A stretch of 64,000 nucleotides of DNA from Halobacteriales archaeon (GCA_007118145.1 SKSD01000015.1:11268-75267); one strand, 5' to 3'; counted from the stretch's first letter, positions 29,041-38,806 are shown. The notes: generated by a model from the sequence alone, not told the origin. Program-made: numbers and translations.

Positions 29041-29910
29041 TCAGTCCACGTCGAGTGACTCGAGTATCTCATCGAGTGCAGTCTTAGCTGCGGCATCGGG
29101 TGGTAGATGGGGAGATCGTACGTGCCCAGCCGGTGCACCACGGGCTCCCATGGCGTATTTCAACCCGGGGACACCGAACTGAGCTGTGATCGCGGTGTTC
29201 AGCGGTACGTACTCGCTGTTCAGACGGCGTGCGCGCTCTGGATGTACCTCATGTCGACGATAGATCTTCGAACATACCTCAGGGACGACGTTAGCGAGTG
29301 CGAGAATGCCCCCGTCAGCTCCAAGTTCGAGTGCCTGTGAGAGCACGTTCGCTGAACCGATAAACATCCGAAATGCGGGATCATCTACCGCCTGCTGTGT
29401 CCGGATGAACTCACCGATATCGGCGTGTGAATCCTTCATCCCCACGATGTTTGGGTGGGTGGACAGGCTGCCGACTGTCTCCGGTAGGAGTCGTACACCG
29501 GTGAAGGCAGGGACGGAATAGAGGTACACCGGAAGCGGTGACTCGTCCGCCACAGTCGTGAAGTACTGTTCAAGGGCAGATTGTTCGTGGTGGTAATAAA
29601 AAGGGGTGACGACCAAGACACCGTCTGCCCCAGCATCAGCAGCATTATCGACCGACTCGAGTGTCTCCTGTAACCCTGGATGGCCGGTACCTGCGAGTAC
29701 GGGCACCTCGGCTGTATCAGCAACGATCTCGATCACGCTCGAGCGCTCATCAGTCGTCATCAACTCAGCTTCGCTGTTCGATCCACACGGTACGATGAAA
29801 TCAACACCTCGAGATTCAACCCAGTCGACCAACTCGCGAAGCTTCGCCTCATCAATCGCTCCCGATGCATCGAAGGGTGTGGCGAGTGGCGGTCCGATAC
29901 CTTGCATCAC
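29041..29910 (-). CDS. DapA-family aldolase (dihydrodipicolinate synthase / KDG-aldolase-like)
   Basis: VPCGSNSEAELMT, AGTG, and the YSVPAFTG and GMKDS (Schiff-base Lys) patterns. Confidence 0.8.
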   Translation of the reverse strand: MMQGIGPPLATPFDASGAIDEAKLRELVDWVESRGVDFIVPCGSNSEAELMTTDERSSVIEIVADTAEVPVLAGTGHPGLQETLESVDNAADAGADGVLVVTPFYYHHEQSALEQYFTTVADESPLPVYLYSVPAFTGVRLLPETVGSLSTHPNIVGMKDSHADIGEFIRTQQAVDDPAFRMFIGSANVLSQALELGADGGILALANVVPEVCSKIYRRHEVHPERARRLNSEYVPLNTAITAQFGVPGLKYAMGARGAPAGHVRSPHLPPDAAAKTALDEILESLDVD

Positions 29911-30145
29911 CGGTCGATTGGTGAGGACGCATCAAAGGCGTACCGTGTTGGTGGCTACCGGTTGCTCAGACCGATCAGGCATGGGGTGAATCAATACGTG
30001 CAAATCACGCCAACTCATACTGTCGCGAACGACGATGCGAACCCAGTCAGGCGATCTGCGGGTATCATTGGCCACGGTCGCTGTGTATCGTAACCATCTC
30101 GGTAGTCAACTGCGAACCACCATGCAATAGAGACACAGACAGGTA

Positions 30146-30973
30146 ATGACAATCGAACTCATCGGCATCGACATCGTGTTGTTCTTCCTGATCGGCCTCC
30201 TCGGTGGGGCACACTGTATAGGGATGTGTGGGCCGATGGTCACGGTCTACGCGAGTAGGATCGACCCTGCCAAGACCGACGGTGGAACCTCCGTATCACA
30301 TAGAGGGGCCAGACACGACCACCTCACCGTATACGAGGTACGACAACACGCTCTCTTCAACATCGGTCGGACCGTGAGTTACACGCTGATCGGTGTCGTG
30401 ATGGGGACGTTCGGTGGGATCCTCATCCTCACCGTCGATCAGGTCACCTTCGGTGCCGATATGATCCGTGGCGTGCTTGGTGGTGGGATTGGGTTGCTTA
30501 TCGTTATCATCGGGTTGCGCTATCTCAGCGGGCGCTTCGATGTCGGCATGCATCTCCCAGGATCCCATCTGATCGCTCAGCGGTTGATGGGGATGGTCGA
30601 TCGACTCGCCAACAGTCCCGGTATCGCTGTGCTTGGTGCTGTTCACGGTTTGCTCCCCTGCCCAATCCTGTATCCGGCGTACCTATACGCATTCACCACG
30701 GGCTCTCCCATCGCCGGTGGGATTGCCTTATTCACCCTCGGGATAGGCACCATCCCAGCGGTGTTCGGCTACGGAACGGTAGTCGAACGTGTGAATGTCC
30801 ACCACCGAAAACGGCTGCACCAGCTGCTGGGGATAGTCTTCCTCATCCTTGGATACATCCTGTTTGCGCATGGTCTGATGAGCCTCGGTATCCACGTTCC
30901 CCACCCTGAGTTACCGTTCTGGGACGGCATCGAGCTTCCACACGATGTGGCAAACGGTCACGAAGGCCACTGA
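30146..30973 (+). CDS. DsbD_2/COG2836-type membrane protein (metal-handling partner of the ATPase)
   Basis: GGAHCIGMCGP motif in TM1, about six TM helices and a His-rich tail (HVPHPE..HDVANGHEGH). Its stop lies 2 nt before the ATPase ATG. Confidence 0.65.
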   Translation: MTIELIGIDIVLFFLIGLLGGAHCIGMCGPMVTVYASRIDPAKTDGGTSVSHRGARHDHLTVYEVRQHALFNIGRTVSYTLIGVVMGTFGGILILTVDQVTFGADMIRGVLGGGIGLLIVIIGLRYLSGRFDVGMHLPGSHLIAQRLMGMVDRLANSPGIAVLGAVHGLLPCPILYPAYLYAFTTGSPIAGGIALFTLGIGTIPAVFGYGTVVERVNVHHRKRLHQLLGIVFLILGYILFAHGLMSLGIHVPHPELPFWDGIELPHDVANGHEGH

Positions 30974-30975
30974 GC

Positions 30976-33432
30976 ATGTCGCGCAGCGATGACCAGACGG
31001 GCTGTGCACTTTGTGACCTGCCGACTGACGGTGTCGAGATCACCGATGACGAGGGTCGGCGGTTTTGCTGTCACGGCTGTCGGTCGGTGTTAGACGCACT
31101 CGACGACATCGAGGATGTACACATTGCGGACATTCGACAACAGACCGACCGAGCCAGTGACGTGACGGCCGTCCCGGACTCACACGAGGTCAGCTATCTC
31201 TGCGTTGACGGGATGTACTGCACAAGCTGTGAGGCGTTCATCGAGGCGGTCGCCAAGGCAAACGAGGGTGTCAGCGAGGCACAGGCCAGTTACGTGACAG
31301 AAACCGCACGTGTCTTCTATGACCCTGCGGTGACCTCAGTGGACACCATCAAGGAGGCAGTCTCTGGTCATGGATACGTCGCGTATCCCCGTGACGATGC
31401 GTTTCGCAAGCTCGAGGCGGATAATTGGGCATTCGGTCGACTGGCAGCCGGTATCCTGCTCGGGATGGCTATCATGATGCAATATATCGTCATCATCTAT
31501 CCAACCTATTTCGACGGTCTCTTTTACGATGAGCGAACGGCGACGTTCCTCGAGTCAGCACTTGCCACCGGTGGGGGGCGCTACTTCTTCATCGTCATCG
31601 GTGTGTTGACCACGATCCTCCTCGTGTTCACTGGAAAACCCATCCTCCGTGGTGCCTACATCGGTATCCGCACACGCACACCGAACATGGATCTGTTGGT
31701 CGCCATCGCTGCCGTCTCCGCCTACCTCTACAGCACACTCGCCATCGCACTCGGTCGGACGGATATCTACTATGATGTCACAGTAGCCGTCATCATGGTC
31801 GTGACTATCGGGGGCTATTATGAACGTTCACTGAAGGAACGGTCGATGGAGCTGCTCACTGATCTCACCAGCGTACAGGTGGATGTGGCCCATCGCATCG
31901 CTGGTGACGACCTCGAAGAGGTCCCGATCTCCGAGCTCGAGGGTGGTGAGCATATCATGATCAGAGCTGGTGAACGGATACCTGTGGATGCGGTTGTCCT
32001 TGACGGGAGCGCGACCGTTGACGAGGCGGTGATGACAGGTGAGTCTCGACCTGTCGAAAAGGGTGAAGACGATCTGCTCGTCGGTGGCTCGCTCGTCATC
32101 GAGGGGAGCATCACCGCTCGGGTCGAGGAGGGTGCAGTGAGCAGCCTCGACCGCGTCACCGAACTGGTGTGGAACCTACAGAGCACGACCTCAGGTATTC
32201 AGGGGTTGGCCAACACGTTGGCCACCATCTTCGTCCCACTGGTGCTCGTGGCTGCGATCCTCGTGACGGTCGTATACCTCGGCCTCGGCGTCGGTCTTGC
32301 AGGTGCGTTGTTGGTCGGGTTGACCCTCCTCATCGTCTCGTGTCCATGCGCCCTCGGGCTTGCAACACCGATGGCTCGTGCTGCAGGGCTTCGCGATGCT
32401 TTGCTGCATGATATCGTCGTCTTCGACCCCACCGTGTTCGAGCGTATCCGAGATGCTGAGACGGTCGTGTTCGACAAGACAGGGACATTGACCGAGGGGA
32501 CGATGACAGTCATCGAATCGACCATTTCAGCTGAGCTGTTACGAGATGTCGCGTTACTTGAACGCCGTGTCTCACATCCCATCGCAGAGGCCATCGTCTC
32601 GGCGGCATCAGATATGACGGGTGAGGTAATACACGAGCGAACCGATGGTGGTGCTGAGATGGCGATCGACGAGCCGTTCGGAGCCGACACGTTCGATGAT
32701 GGGGTCACACGCTTTGAACGGCATGACCGAGGGGTCGAGGGTACGGTCGGTGATCGAGACCTCTTGGTCGGTCACCCCAGTTTGTTCGCCAGACGTGAGT
32801 GGTCCGTCGAAGCGGCAATCATCGATGCATATCGAGATGCTCGTGACACCGGTCAACTCCCCGTGGTGGTGGGTCAAGATGGCCATGCCGAGGGGCTGAT
32901 CACCCTGGGTGACAGGCAGCGTGCTGGCTGGGAGGAGACCTTCGAGGCGCTTTACGCACGAGGTATCGACATCGTCGTACTGACCGGTGATGACACGGCC
33001 GCATCGGCGATGTATGAGGAGCACTCGACGGTGGCCGAGGTGTTCACCGGTGTCCCGCCTGAGGGCAAGGCAGCGACTGTTGAGCGATTGACACGGCAGG
33101 GTATCACGGTGATGGTTGGTGATGGTACCAATGACGCACCGGCGCTCGCAGCAGCTGACCTCGGCATCGCACTGGGCAGTGGCACCGCACTCGCGGCTGA
33201 TGCTGCCGATGTGGCAATCGTCAACGATGACCTCCGTACGATCGAAGCGGTGTTCGAACTCTCGAGTGGGACCGGGCGACGTATCAAGCAGAACATCGGG
33301 TGGGCGTTTTTCTATAATGCGGTCGCCATCCCGGTCGCCATCGCTGGGTTGCTCAATCCACTCATCGCTGCTGTGGCGATGGCGACCAGCAGTATCCTCG
33401 TGGTCACCAACTCATCACGGCGGGTCTTTTGA
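30976..33432 (+). CDS. P1B-type heavy-metal (copper) translocating ATPase, FixI/CcoI-like
   Basis: N-terminal Cys cluster CALCDLP..CCHGCRSV, an HMA-like MYCTSC, CPC in the TM region (VSCPCALGLATP), then DKTGTLT and GDGTNDAP. Confidence 0.9.
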   Translation: MSRSDDQTGCALCDLPTDGVEITDDEGRRFCCHGCRSVLDALDDIEDVHIADIRQQTDRASDVTAVPDSHEVSYLCVDGMYCTSCEAFIEAVAKANEGVSEAQASYVTETARVFYDPAVTSVDTIKEAVSGHGYVAYPRDDAFRKLEADNWAFGRLAAGILLGMAIMMQYIVIIYPTYFDGLFYDERTATFLESALATGGGRYFFIVIGVLTTILLVFTGKPILRGAYIGIRTRTPNMDLLVAIAAVSAYLYSTLAIALGRTDIYYDVTVAVIMVVTIGGYYERSLKERSMELLTDLTSVQVDVAHRIAGDDLEEVPISELEGGEHIMIRAGERIPVDAVVLDGSATVDEAVMTGESRPVEKGEDDLLVGGSLVIEGSITARVEEGAVSSLDRVTELVWNLQSTTSGIQGLANTLATIFVPLVLVAAILVTVVYLGLGVGLAGALLVGLTLLIVSCPCALGLATPMARAAGLRDALLHDIVVFDPTVFERIRDAETVVFDKTGTLTEGTMTVIESTISAELLRDVALLERRVSHPIAEAIVSAASDMTGEVIHERTDGGAEMAIDEPFGADTFDDGVTRFERHDRGVEGTVGDRDLLVGHPSLFARREWSVEAAIIDAYRDARDTGQLPVVVGQDGHAEGLITLGDRQRAGWEETFEALYARGIDIVVLTGDDTAASAMYEEHSTVAEVFTGVPPEGKAATVERLTRQGITVMVGDGTNDAPALAAADLGIALGSGTALAADAADVAIVNDDLRTIEAVFELSSGTGRRIKQNIGWAFFYNAVAIPVAIAGLLNPLIAAVAMATSSILVVTNSSRRVF

Positions 33433-33971
33433 CGACGTGTTCGAAATGCGTGGGGTGATCGAGTGGCACCCCCTCCCGGATCCCGACATCAGTCAATGAA
33501 CCAGATACGCCAAGGATGTGTGACGAATCACATGGTACTTATTACAGATAATATCGAGTATCTGAGCCATTCAGGCGCCGGCTGTTGCAGCGTCCTGACG
33601 GCTACTGCTTCTCTTTGTGGAATTTCTGAGACTCACTTCAGTGCGTTGCTGGCTCCTCCACAGGGTTGTATCGGTCGAGGCACGCAGATACAGACTCCAC
33701 GTCGTATTCTCACCCGAGTTGTGGCTCATCCGGTCCATTCCGGAGCGATCGTGACACCACCTTGAACGAACCCTCCATGCACCATTTAGTGATGAATCGG
33801 CACATGTGTTACCGCTGCGCAGTGGGATAACCGAGTGCTGTCGTGGAGTTACGCGATTCGCACGAATTCCGAGCCGTACGGAGACAATCGCCTACAGGAA
33901 AAATGTATCCGATTTTTTACTCGTGGGGAACGTCGATTACCATTAAGTGTTATCAACGAGGTTTGGCAGCC

Positions 33972-34340
33972 ATGGACGTGCCCTTTTCCCTCACAGAGGT
34001 GTCTGGCGAGGATACGGACTCCTCAAGGTCGGGCCACCCCATCGACGACGTCGGGTCAGAAGACATCCTTGAGTCCCTGAGTGACAAATACACACGGAGG
34101 ATTTTGCGTGTGATTGATGATGATCCACACACCGCATCAGAGATCGCCAAGGCAACCGACATCCCGCTGTCGACCACGTACCGGAAAATCAACAGGCTGG
34201 TCGAGCTCGGTGTCCTCACCGAGCACGTCAGACTCTCCAATTCCGGCCACCACTCACATGAGTATCAACGTCCCGTCGAGGCGGTCTGCGTATCGTTCGA
34301 CGGCGAGATAGAGGTCAACCTGAAGCATCATCAAGAGTGA
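33972..34340 (+). CDS. winged-helix (ArsR/TrmB-like) transcriptional regulator
   Basis: ILESLSDKYTRRILRVI..PHTASEIAKATDIPLSTTYRKINRLVELGVL is a wHTH pattern. The start is taken at MDVPF, because the upstream part of the track ORF is non-acidic and AT-rich. Confidence 0.7.
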   Translation: MDVPFSLTEVSGEDTDSSRSGHPIDDVGSEDILESLSDKYTRRILRVIDDDPHTASEIAKATDIPLSTTYRKINRLVELGVLTEHVRLSNSGHHSHEYQRPVEAVCVSFDGEIEVNLKHHQE

Positions 34341-34624
34341 TAGGTATCCAGATTTGTGGGAAGATCACGCAATCTGTCACGTTCATTCGAACACTCGTAT
34401 GTCGAGACTGCTGAGTTCTCCATCGTGTGTGATGATTCTTGAGTGCCGAGACCACGGTATCTGGTTATCTTCGACTGAAACGTCAGCGACACGGTCATCG
34501 TCGTATCTTCCCGTGACGTGAAACTTCATCAGGAAATGCCATCAACACCAACACCAATCAGTTCGGGCACCCGACAACGATTAAAAGGTTATCCGTTGAG
34601 AGGACGGCTGATACGTACTCGACC

Positions 34625-35128
34625 ATGAACGATGCCGACGAGTTAATCGGGGAAATAGCCGCCATCTTCGACAGCCATATCGAGTCATTGGCAGCGTTTG
34701 AGAGGAGCCTCGAGCTACTCTGTGAGGAGGCAGACTGGTCGTACGCGGAGATCTGGATCCCAGATGAGACGAATCAGCTATCGTGCCTGACGTGTCACTG
34801 GATGGACGAGAAATTCGAGGAGTTCGTCGCCATCACCCGGGTGGTGAGGTTCGGGCCAGGGGAGGGATTGCCCGGTCGGGTCTGGGCAAGTGGTGAATCA
34901 GAGAGCATCGAGAACCTTAACGTCACCTCGAGCTTCGAGTTCCCCCGTGCATCCAATGCGTCATTCGTTGGTTTGCGCCATGCGTACGCAGTCCCAATCG
35001 AATATGGTGACCGATTCATCGGTGTGCTTGCGGCCGCAGCTACTGTCGAGTTGTCATCGGAGAAACCTCACCGAATCACTGAGCGATTCGCCCATGAGAT
35101 CGGGGAGTATATCGACCAGCTGACCTGA
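34625..35128 (+). CDS. stand-alone GAF domain protein
   Basis: WSYAEIWIPD and GEGLPGRVWASGESE..I are typical GAF ligand-pocket strands. 167 aa, no output domain. Confidence 0.75.
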   Translation: MNDADELIGEIAAIFDSHIESLAAFERSLELLCEEADWSYAEIWIPDETNQLSCLTCHWMDEKFEEFVAITRVVRFGPGEGLPGRVWASGESESIENLNVTSSFEFPRASNASFVGLRHAYAVPIEYGDRFIGVLAAAATVELSSEKPHRITERFAHEIGEYIDQLT

Positions 35129-35496
35129 TTTCCACCCCATCGTTCTGTACCTCGTTCAACAACCATCATCGCTCGTCTATCGACGAATGATTTGGGGGGC
35201 TTGGCATCCTCCACCAGTCTGAGGGTGTTACCTCCTCCTACCTCCTTGCCACTCCCCTCGATTGCTTCGAAGACCCTCAAATCCCTTGCCGACAGCGTAT
35301 CGCCTACTGTCGTCGCTTGTGATTGCCTTGAGCGCAAGCCGAGGTCTCACGCCTTGGCCGGGCGAGTATACCATCGGGTTCGTCGAGCTCTCGCAGACTC
35401 GAATGGCGACCTCACAGGTCAATGCGGATGGGTTTATCATTTGGGTTCACACCGAGATACCCCCCTCGATGTAACGGATTTGAAATGTAGCTAACT

Positions 35497-35570
35497 AGCC
35501 AGGGGTGGGATTCGAACCCACGGACCCTCGATTACAAATCGAGCGCTTGAACCACCCAAGCTCCCCTGGC
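35497..35570 (-). tRNA. tRNA-Thr (anticodon UGU), non-canonical G8/G14/C21
   Basis: Hand-folded cloverleaf. Acceptor stem GCCAGGG/CCCTGGC, D stem GCTT/AAGC, anticodon stem CTCGA/TCGAG with loop TTTGTAA, T arm GTGGG-TTCGAAT-CCCAC, discriminator T. No CCA is encoded. Confidence 0.75.
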
Positions 35571-35695
35571 ACATCTACATCTTGGTGGTCACGGTTTGTG
35601 TGGATATCGTTTTTCATCCGTACCGGAACACGGTGATCTGATGCGATTGAACACAAGAGTGAAGACCCGATTGACCCGTCGCTCACCGCCTCCAG

Positions 35696-36154
35696 TCACT
35701 TCTCGACACCCTTTCGCATCCGATATCTGCTCACCGAATAACCACGATCGTCATAGAAGCTCACAGCCACATCGTTCGATTCGAACACGTCGAGTTCGAG
35801 GATATCAGCACCCTGTTCGAACAACCGTTCTTCACCGAGTGTAAGCAGTTCCCCGCCAATTCCTTCACCGCGAAAGTCGGGGTCGACATAGAGGTACTCG
35901 ATGAACCCGATGTTGGCGTTTCGGCGACCACGGAAGTCTGCGCACCTGACACAGACGAACCCCAAAAGTGTCCCATGTTCCTCGACGATGATCACCGATT
36001 CATCCACGATTCGGCGCCCCAGGAGATCATGCATGGACGCCTCACTGGCCTCGGGATCGATGAAGCTACCATGCTCGTGTTGCTCTCGTGAGAGTGCCTT
36101 CCAAGCATCGACGACGTGGTCGAGGTCGCTCAGGGTGGCTGTTCGATAGTGCAT
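35696..36154 (-). CDS. GNAT family N-acetyltransferase
   Basis: FRGEGIGGELL acetyl-CoA motif and the YDDRGY tail. 152 aa. Confidence 0.8.
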   Translation of the reverse strand: MHYRTATLSDLDHVVDAWKALSREQHEHGSFIDPEASEASMHDLLGRRIVDESVIIVEEHGTLLGFVCVRCADFRGRRNANIGFIEYLYVDPDFRGEGIGGELLTLGEERLFEQGADILELDVFESNDVAVSFYDDRGYSVSRYRMRKGVEK

Positions 36155-37350
36155 GCCTCTAACGCATTGATACCAGGGAGTACCTCACCGCTCAACATCG
36201 CAAGCGCTGCACCACCACCGGTCGAGACGTGATCGAACCCGTCGAGGCCGAAGTACCGTGTGGCTGCCGCGGTATCACCCCCTCCGGCGATCGACATCTC
36301 AGCATAACCGACCTTTGAGAACAGTCGGTGGGTCCCCTCCCCGAAGCGTTCATCCTCGAACCGTCCGACCGGCCCGTTGACGAAAATCGTCCCAGTATCA
36401 TCGATGATCGAGCCCCACGATTCGATCGTCCGATGCCCGACATCTCGAGGCACCTCACCGGCGTTGAGCGGGAACTGGCCAGTTGACACCTCGACGCGGC
36501 GCCCATCTCGCTCGACGGCCACGTCGACAGGTAGCTCGATCCGGTCATCGAATCGGGTCAACAACTCTCGTGCCTGTTCGAGGTGGTCGGTGTAACCTCG
36601 CTCATCGACATCAGCGACGGTGTCCGGGCCTGGGTGTGATGTACCAGCGACGAACATGGTGTTCGCCACCAACCCACCGACCAGTACATGATCGACGATG
36701 TCGCGACTGAGCAATGAGTCGATGATGCGCAACGAATCACTCACTTTTGCCCCAGCGAGCATGGCAACTCGAGGTGTGGGTGTCTGCTCGATATTACCGA
36801 GAATCTCCATCTCTCGTTCCATGACACGGCCGGCGAAGCTGGGCAGTAACTGCGGGAAGCCAACGATGGTTGCCTGTGAGCGATGTGAACACGCGAACGC
36901 ATCATTGACGTAGACGTCGAGTACCTCACTGAGACGATCGACGAGATGCGTCCGTGCAGCGATGCTCGGGTCCAACTCCATGTACTCCTCGCTATAGAAC
37001 CGGGTATTCTCAAGACAGAGTACACCACCATCGTCGAGTTGCTCGATGGCATCACGTGCAGACGAGGAGAAGGTGGAATCGACATACGTCACCTCGTGGT
37101 CAAGGAGTGCACCTAGGTGTGTGGCGTGTTCCTCGAGGGTCGTAAACCCTTGTCCTGCCGGGCGGCCCTGGTGGGCGAGGATGACGACACGACCACCACC
37201 ATCGATGAGCTCATGTAACGTCTCGGTATGCGCAGCGAACCGTGCGTCATCCGCGATCGAACCGGATGCATCCATCGGGCTGTTGATATCGATGCGTACA
37301 CCGATTGTTGTTCCCTCAATCACCAACGAATCGATCGTCCTCACACCCAT
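36130..37350 (-). CDS. pgk: phosphoglycerate kinase
   Basis: VRIDINSP, AHQGRP, NTRF, NDAFACSHR and STGGGA motifs. The ATG at 37350 is preferred over the TTG at 37377. Confidence 0.9.
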   Translation of the reverse strand: MGVRTIDSLVIEGTTIGVRIDINSPMDASGSIADDARFAAHTETLHELIDGGGRVVILAHQGRPAGQGFTTLEEHATHLGALLDHEVTYVDSTFSSSARDAIEQLDDGGVLCLENTRFYSEEYMELDPSIAARTHLVDRLSEVLDVYVNDAFACSHRSQATIVGFPQLLPSFAGRVMEREMEILGNIEQTPTPRVAMLAGAKVSDSLRIIDSLLSRDIVDHVLVGGLVANTMFVAGTSHPGPDTVADVDERGYTDHLEQARELLTRFDDRIELPVDVAVERDGRRVEVSTGQFPLNAGEVPRDVGHRTIESWGSIIDDTGTIFVNGPVGRFEDERFGEGTHRLFSKVGYAEMSIAGGGDTAAATRYFGLDGFDHVSTGGGAALAMLSGEVLPGINALEACTIEQPP

Positions 37351-37456
37351 CGCTCGACTGTCCACCCGATGAATCAAAAGTCCTATCGGATTACTATGGA
37401 CACCCTAGTCAGTCGAAACCGTGTCTGGCCAGGTGACCAACACGGCAGCAACCGCC

Positions 37457-37990
37457 TCACAGCTCGAGACAAGCCTCACAGACAAGCGTGCCATTCATCT
37501 CGGTGAGTGTATCAGCCAGACGGCCACATGACTCGCAGACACCCTGTTCGCTCATACTCGGGATAGAACGGTTCGAACTCGTCATGGCGGTATCCTCCAG
37601 ATGGTCTTCAAGCAACGTATCGGTCGCACTCAACACGTCTCGTGGGCCGACCACACCAAGGGCGCGCCCATCGAGATCGACCACGATGAGTCGGTCTACC
37701 TCGGTCGTCAACAAGCGGTCGGCAGCATGTCCGATGGTCGAATCTGGGCCGATCGTCACGATCGATTCGTGGATGTATGGATCGATCGGTGTACCTGTGT
37801 CGGTATCTCCAATCGCCGCGAGGAGGTCACGGGCGAGGACGACACCAACGGGAGAGCCACCACGGATGACGACCGCGGTATCCTCGTTATGATCGAGCAA
37901 CAACCCGACCACGTCCTCCACAGGTTCACCCTCAGTCACCCCGACGAAGTCAGTCGACATCACCTCCCTGACGGATACCGCTTGTGCCAT
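37457..37990 (-). CDS. CBS-pair domain protein with C-terminal zinc ribbon
   Basis: Two CBS repeats (VMSTDFVGV, IVTIGPDSTI), then CESCG....LVCEAC. Confidence 0.75.
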   Translation of the reverse strand: MAQAVSVREVMSTDFVGVTEGEPVEDVVGLLLDHNEDTAVVIRGGSPVGVVLARDLLAAIGDTDTGTPIDPYIHESIVTIGPDSTIGHAADRLLTTEVDRLIVVDLDGRALGVVGPRDVLSATDTLLEDHLEDTAMTSSNRSIPSMSEQGVCESCGRLADTLTEMNGTLVCEACLEL

Positions 37991-38036
37991 ACCTGACCCT
38001 ACTCAGGCGAGGGGCTAAAAAGTACGCCACCATCGA

Positions 38037-38342
38037 CTACGCTGGCGTGTAGCGTTCGCGCTCGAACGTCCACATATCTTGTTCGCGCATGGCATTACCG
38101 AGGGCTGTGAGGAAATCTTCTCTGGTCTCGTATTCTTCATCGGGAAGCTCGTCTAGGACATCCGATGCGGCGATGACACGCTCGTGATCGAGTCGGATCG
38201 GGTGATCGCCGAATTCTTCGATACAGTCCTGAGGTGTGACGGGGAACATCTCGTCATCGACCTTCTTCGCAAAGATAGCCAGGTCGTACTTGCGCCCACC
38301 CTCGCTTCCCTCATCAGCGTCTGGGTCGTGGGGCCAGTCCAT
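38037..38342 (-). CDS. hypothetical acidic protein
   Basis: 101 aa, strongly acidic, with coding-like codon usage and an ATG start. Confidence 0.55.
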   Translation of the reverse strand: MDWPHDPDADEGSEGGRKYDLAIFAKKVDDEMFPVTPQDCIEEFGDHPIRLDHERVIAASDVLDELPDEEYETREDFLTALGNAMREQDMWTFERERYTPA

Positions 38343-38386
38343 ACCCGACGGGTACTACGACGGCTCCCTTAAGCCATCCGTAAGGC

Positions 38387-38551
38387 TCACAGCAATATCG
38401 AGATAATGGCGAGGACGATGAAGATGATGACGAACCACTTTGCCACCGTCATCGTGACACCGGCGACCCCGCGCGCGCCGACTGCAGCGGCGAGGATCGC
38501 GAGCAGGAAGAAGACGACAGCGAGATAGAGGAAATCCCCTGTCATCTGCAT
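38387..38551 (-). CDS. DUF1328/UPF0391-like small membrane protein
   Basis: [54 protein letters not shown] has two TM helices. The longer track ORF adds a non-typical leader. Confidence 0.55.
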   Translation of the reverse strand: MQMTGDFLYLAVVFFLLAILAAAVGARGVAGVTMTVAKWFVIIFIVLAIISILL

Positions 38552-38722
38552 GGTCACCGTATCGATGAACTGCAGTAACTCAGCCGTGACTGGCTGTGCG
38601 TGTGCGAGCATGCCAGAACCGATGGGTGGATGGGTGATTATTATACGCTCAATAAGTACATCCACGAGGGGAACGTCTCGGAGGCGTGAGTCTCATCGTA
38701 GGAGATAGGGTACGGATATCAA

Positions 38723-38806
38723 CGGTGGGGATGGGATTTGAACCCATGAGGCCTCTCGGCCACCTGCTCTCAAGGCAGGCGCATTGGGCCGCTCTGCCAC
38801 CCCACC
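38723..38806 (-). tRNA. tRNA-Ser (anticodon UGA), class II with long variable arm
   Basis: Acceptor stem GGTGGGG/CCCCACC, anticodon stem CCTGC/GCAGG with loop CTTGAGA, variable arm GGCC-GAGA-GGCC, T arm ATGGG-TTCAAAT-CCCAT, discriminator G. Confidence 0.85.

Noticed and set aside
33439-35490. A weak direct repeat, GTTCGAAATGCG (33439..33450) versus ATTTGAAATGTAG (35478..35490), bracketing the low-GC patch as possible att sites.
   Set aside because: It is only about 10 nt with mismatches, so it is easily a chance match. It does not overlap the tRNA body, and no integrase is present. I kept only the compositional observation.
35495-35686. A 63-aa minus-strand ORF, plus the first 35 codons of ORF 38784..39089.
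   Set aside because: Both read straight through tRNA genes (tRNA-Thr and tRNA-Ser). The peptide ends in ..GSVGSNPTPG, which is simply the translated T-arm and acceptor stem.
36130-36154. A 25-nt overlap between the pgk stop and the downstream GNAT start, considered as a possible frameshift or mis-assembly.
   Set aside because: Both proteins look complete: pgk ends after the STGGGA region and the GNAT begins with a normal MHYRTATLSDLD N-terminus. Short same-strand overlaps are common in compact archaeal operons.
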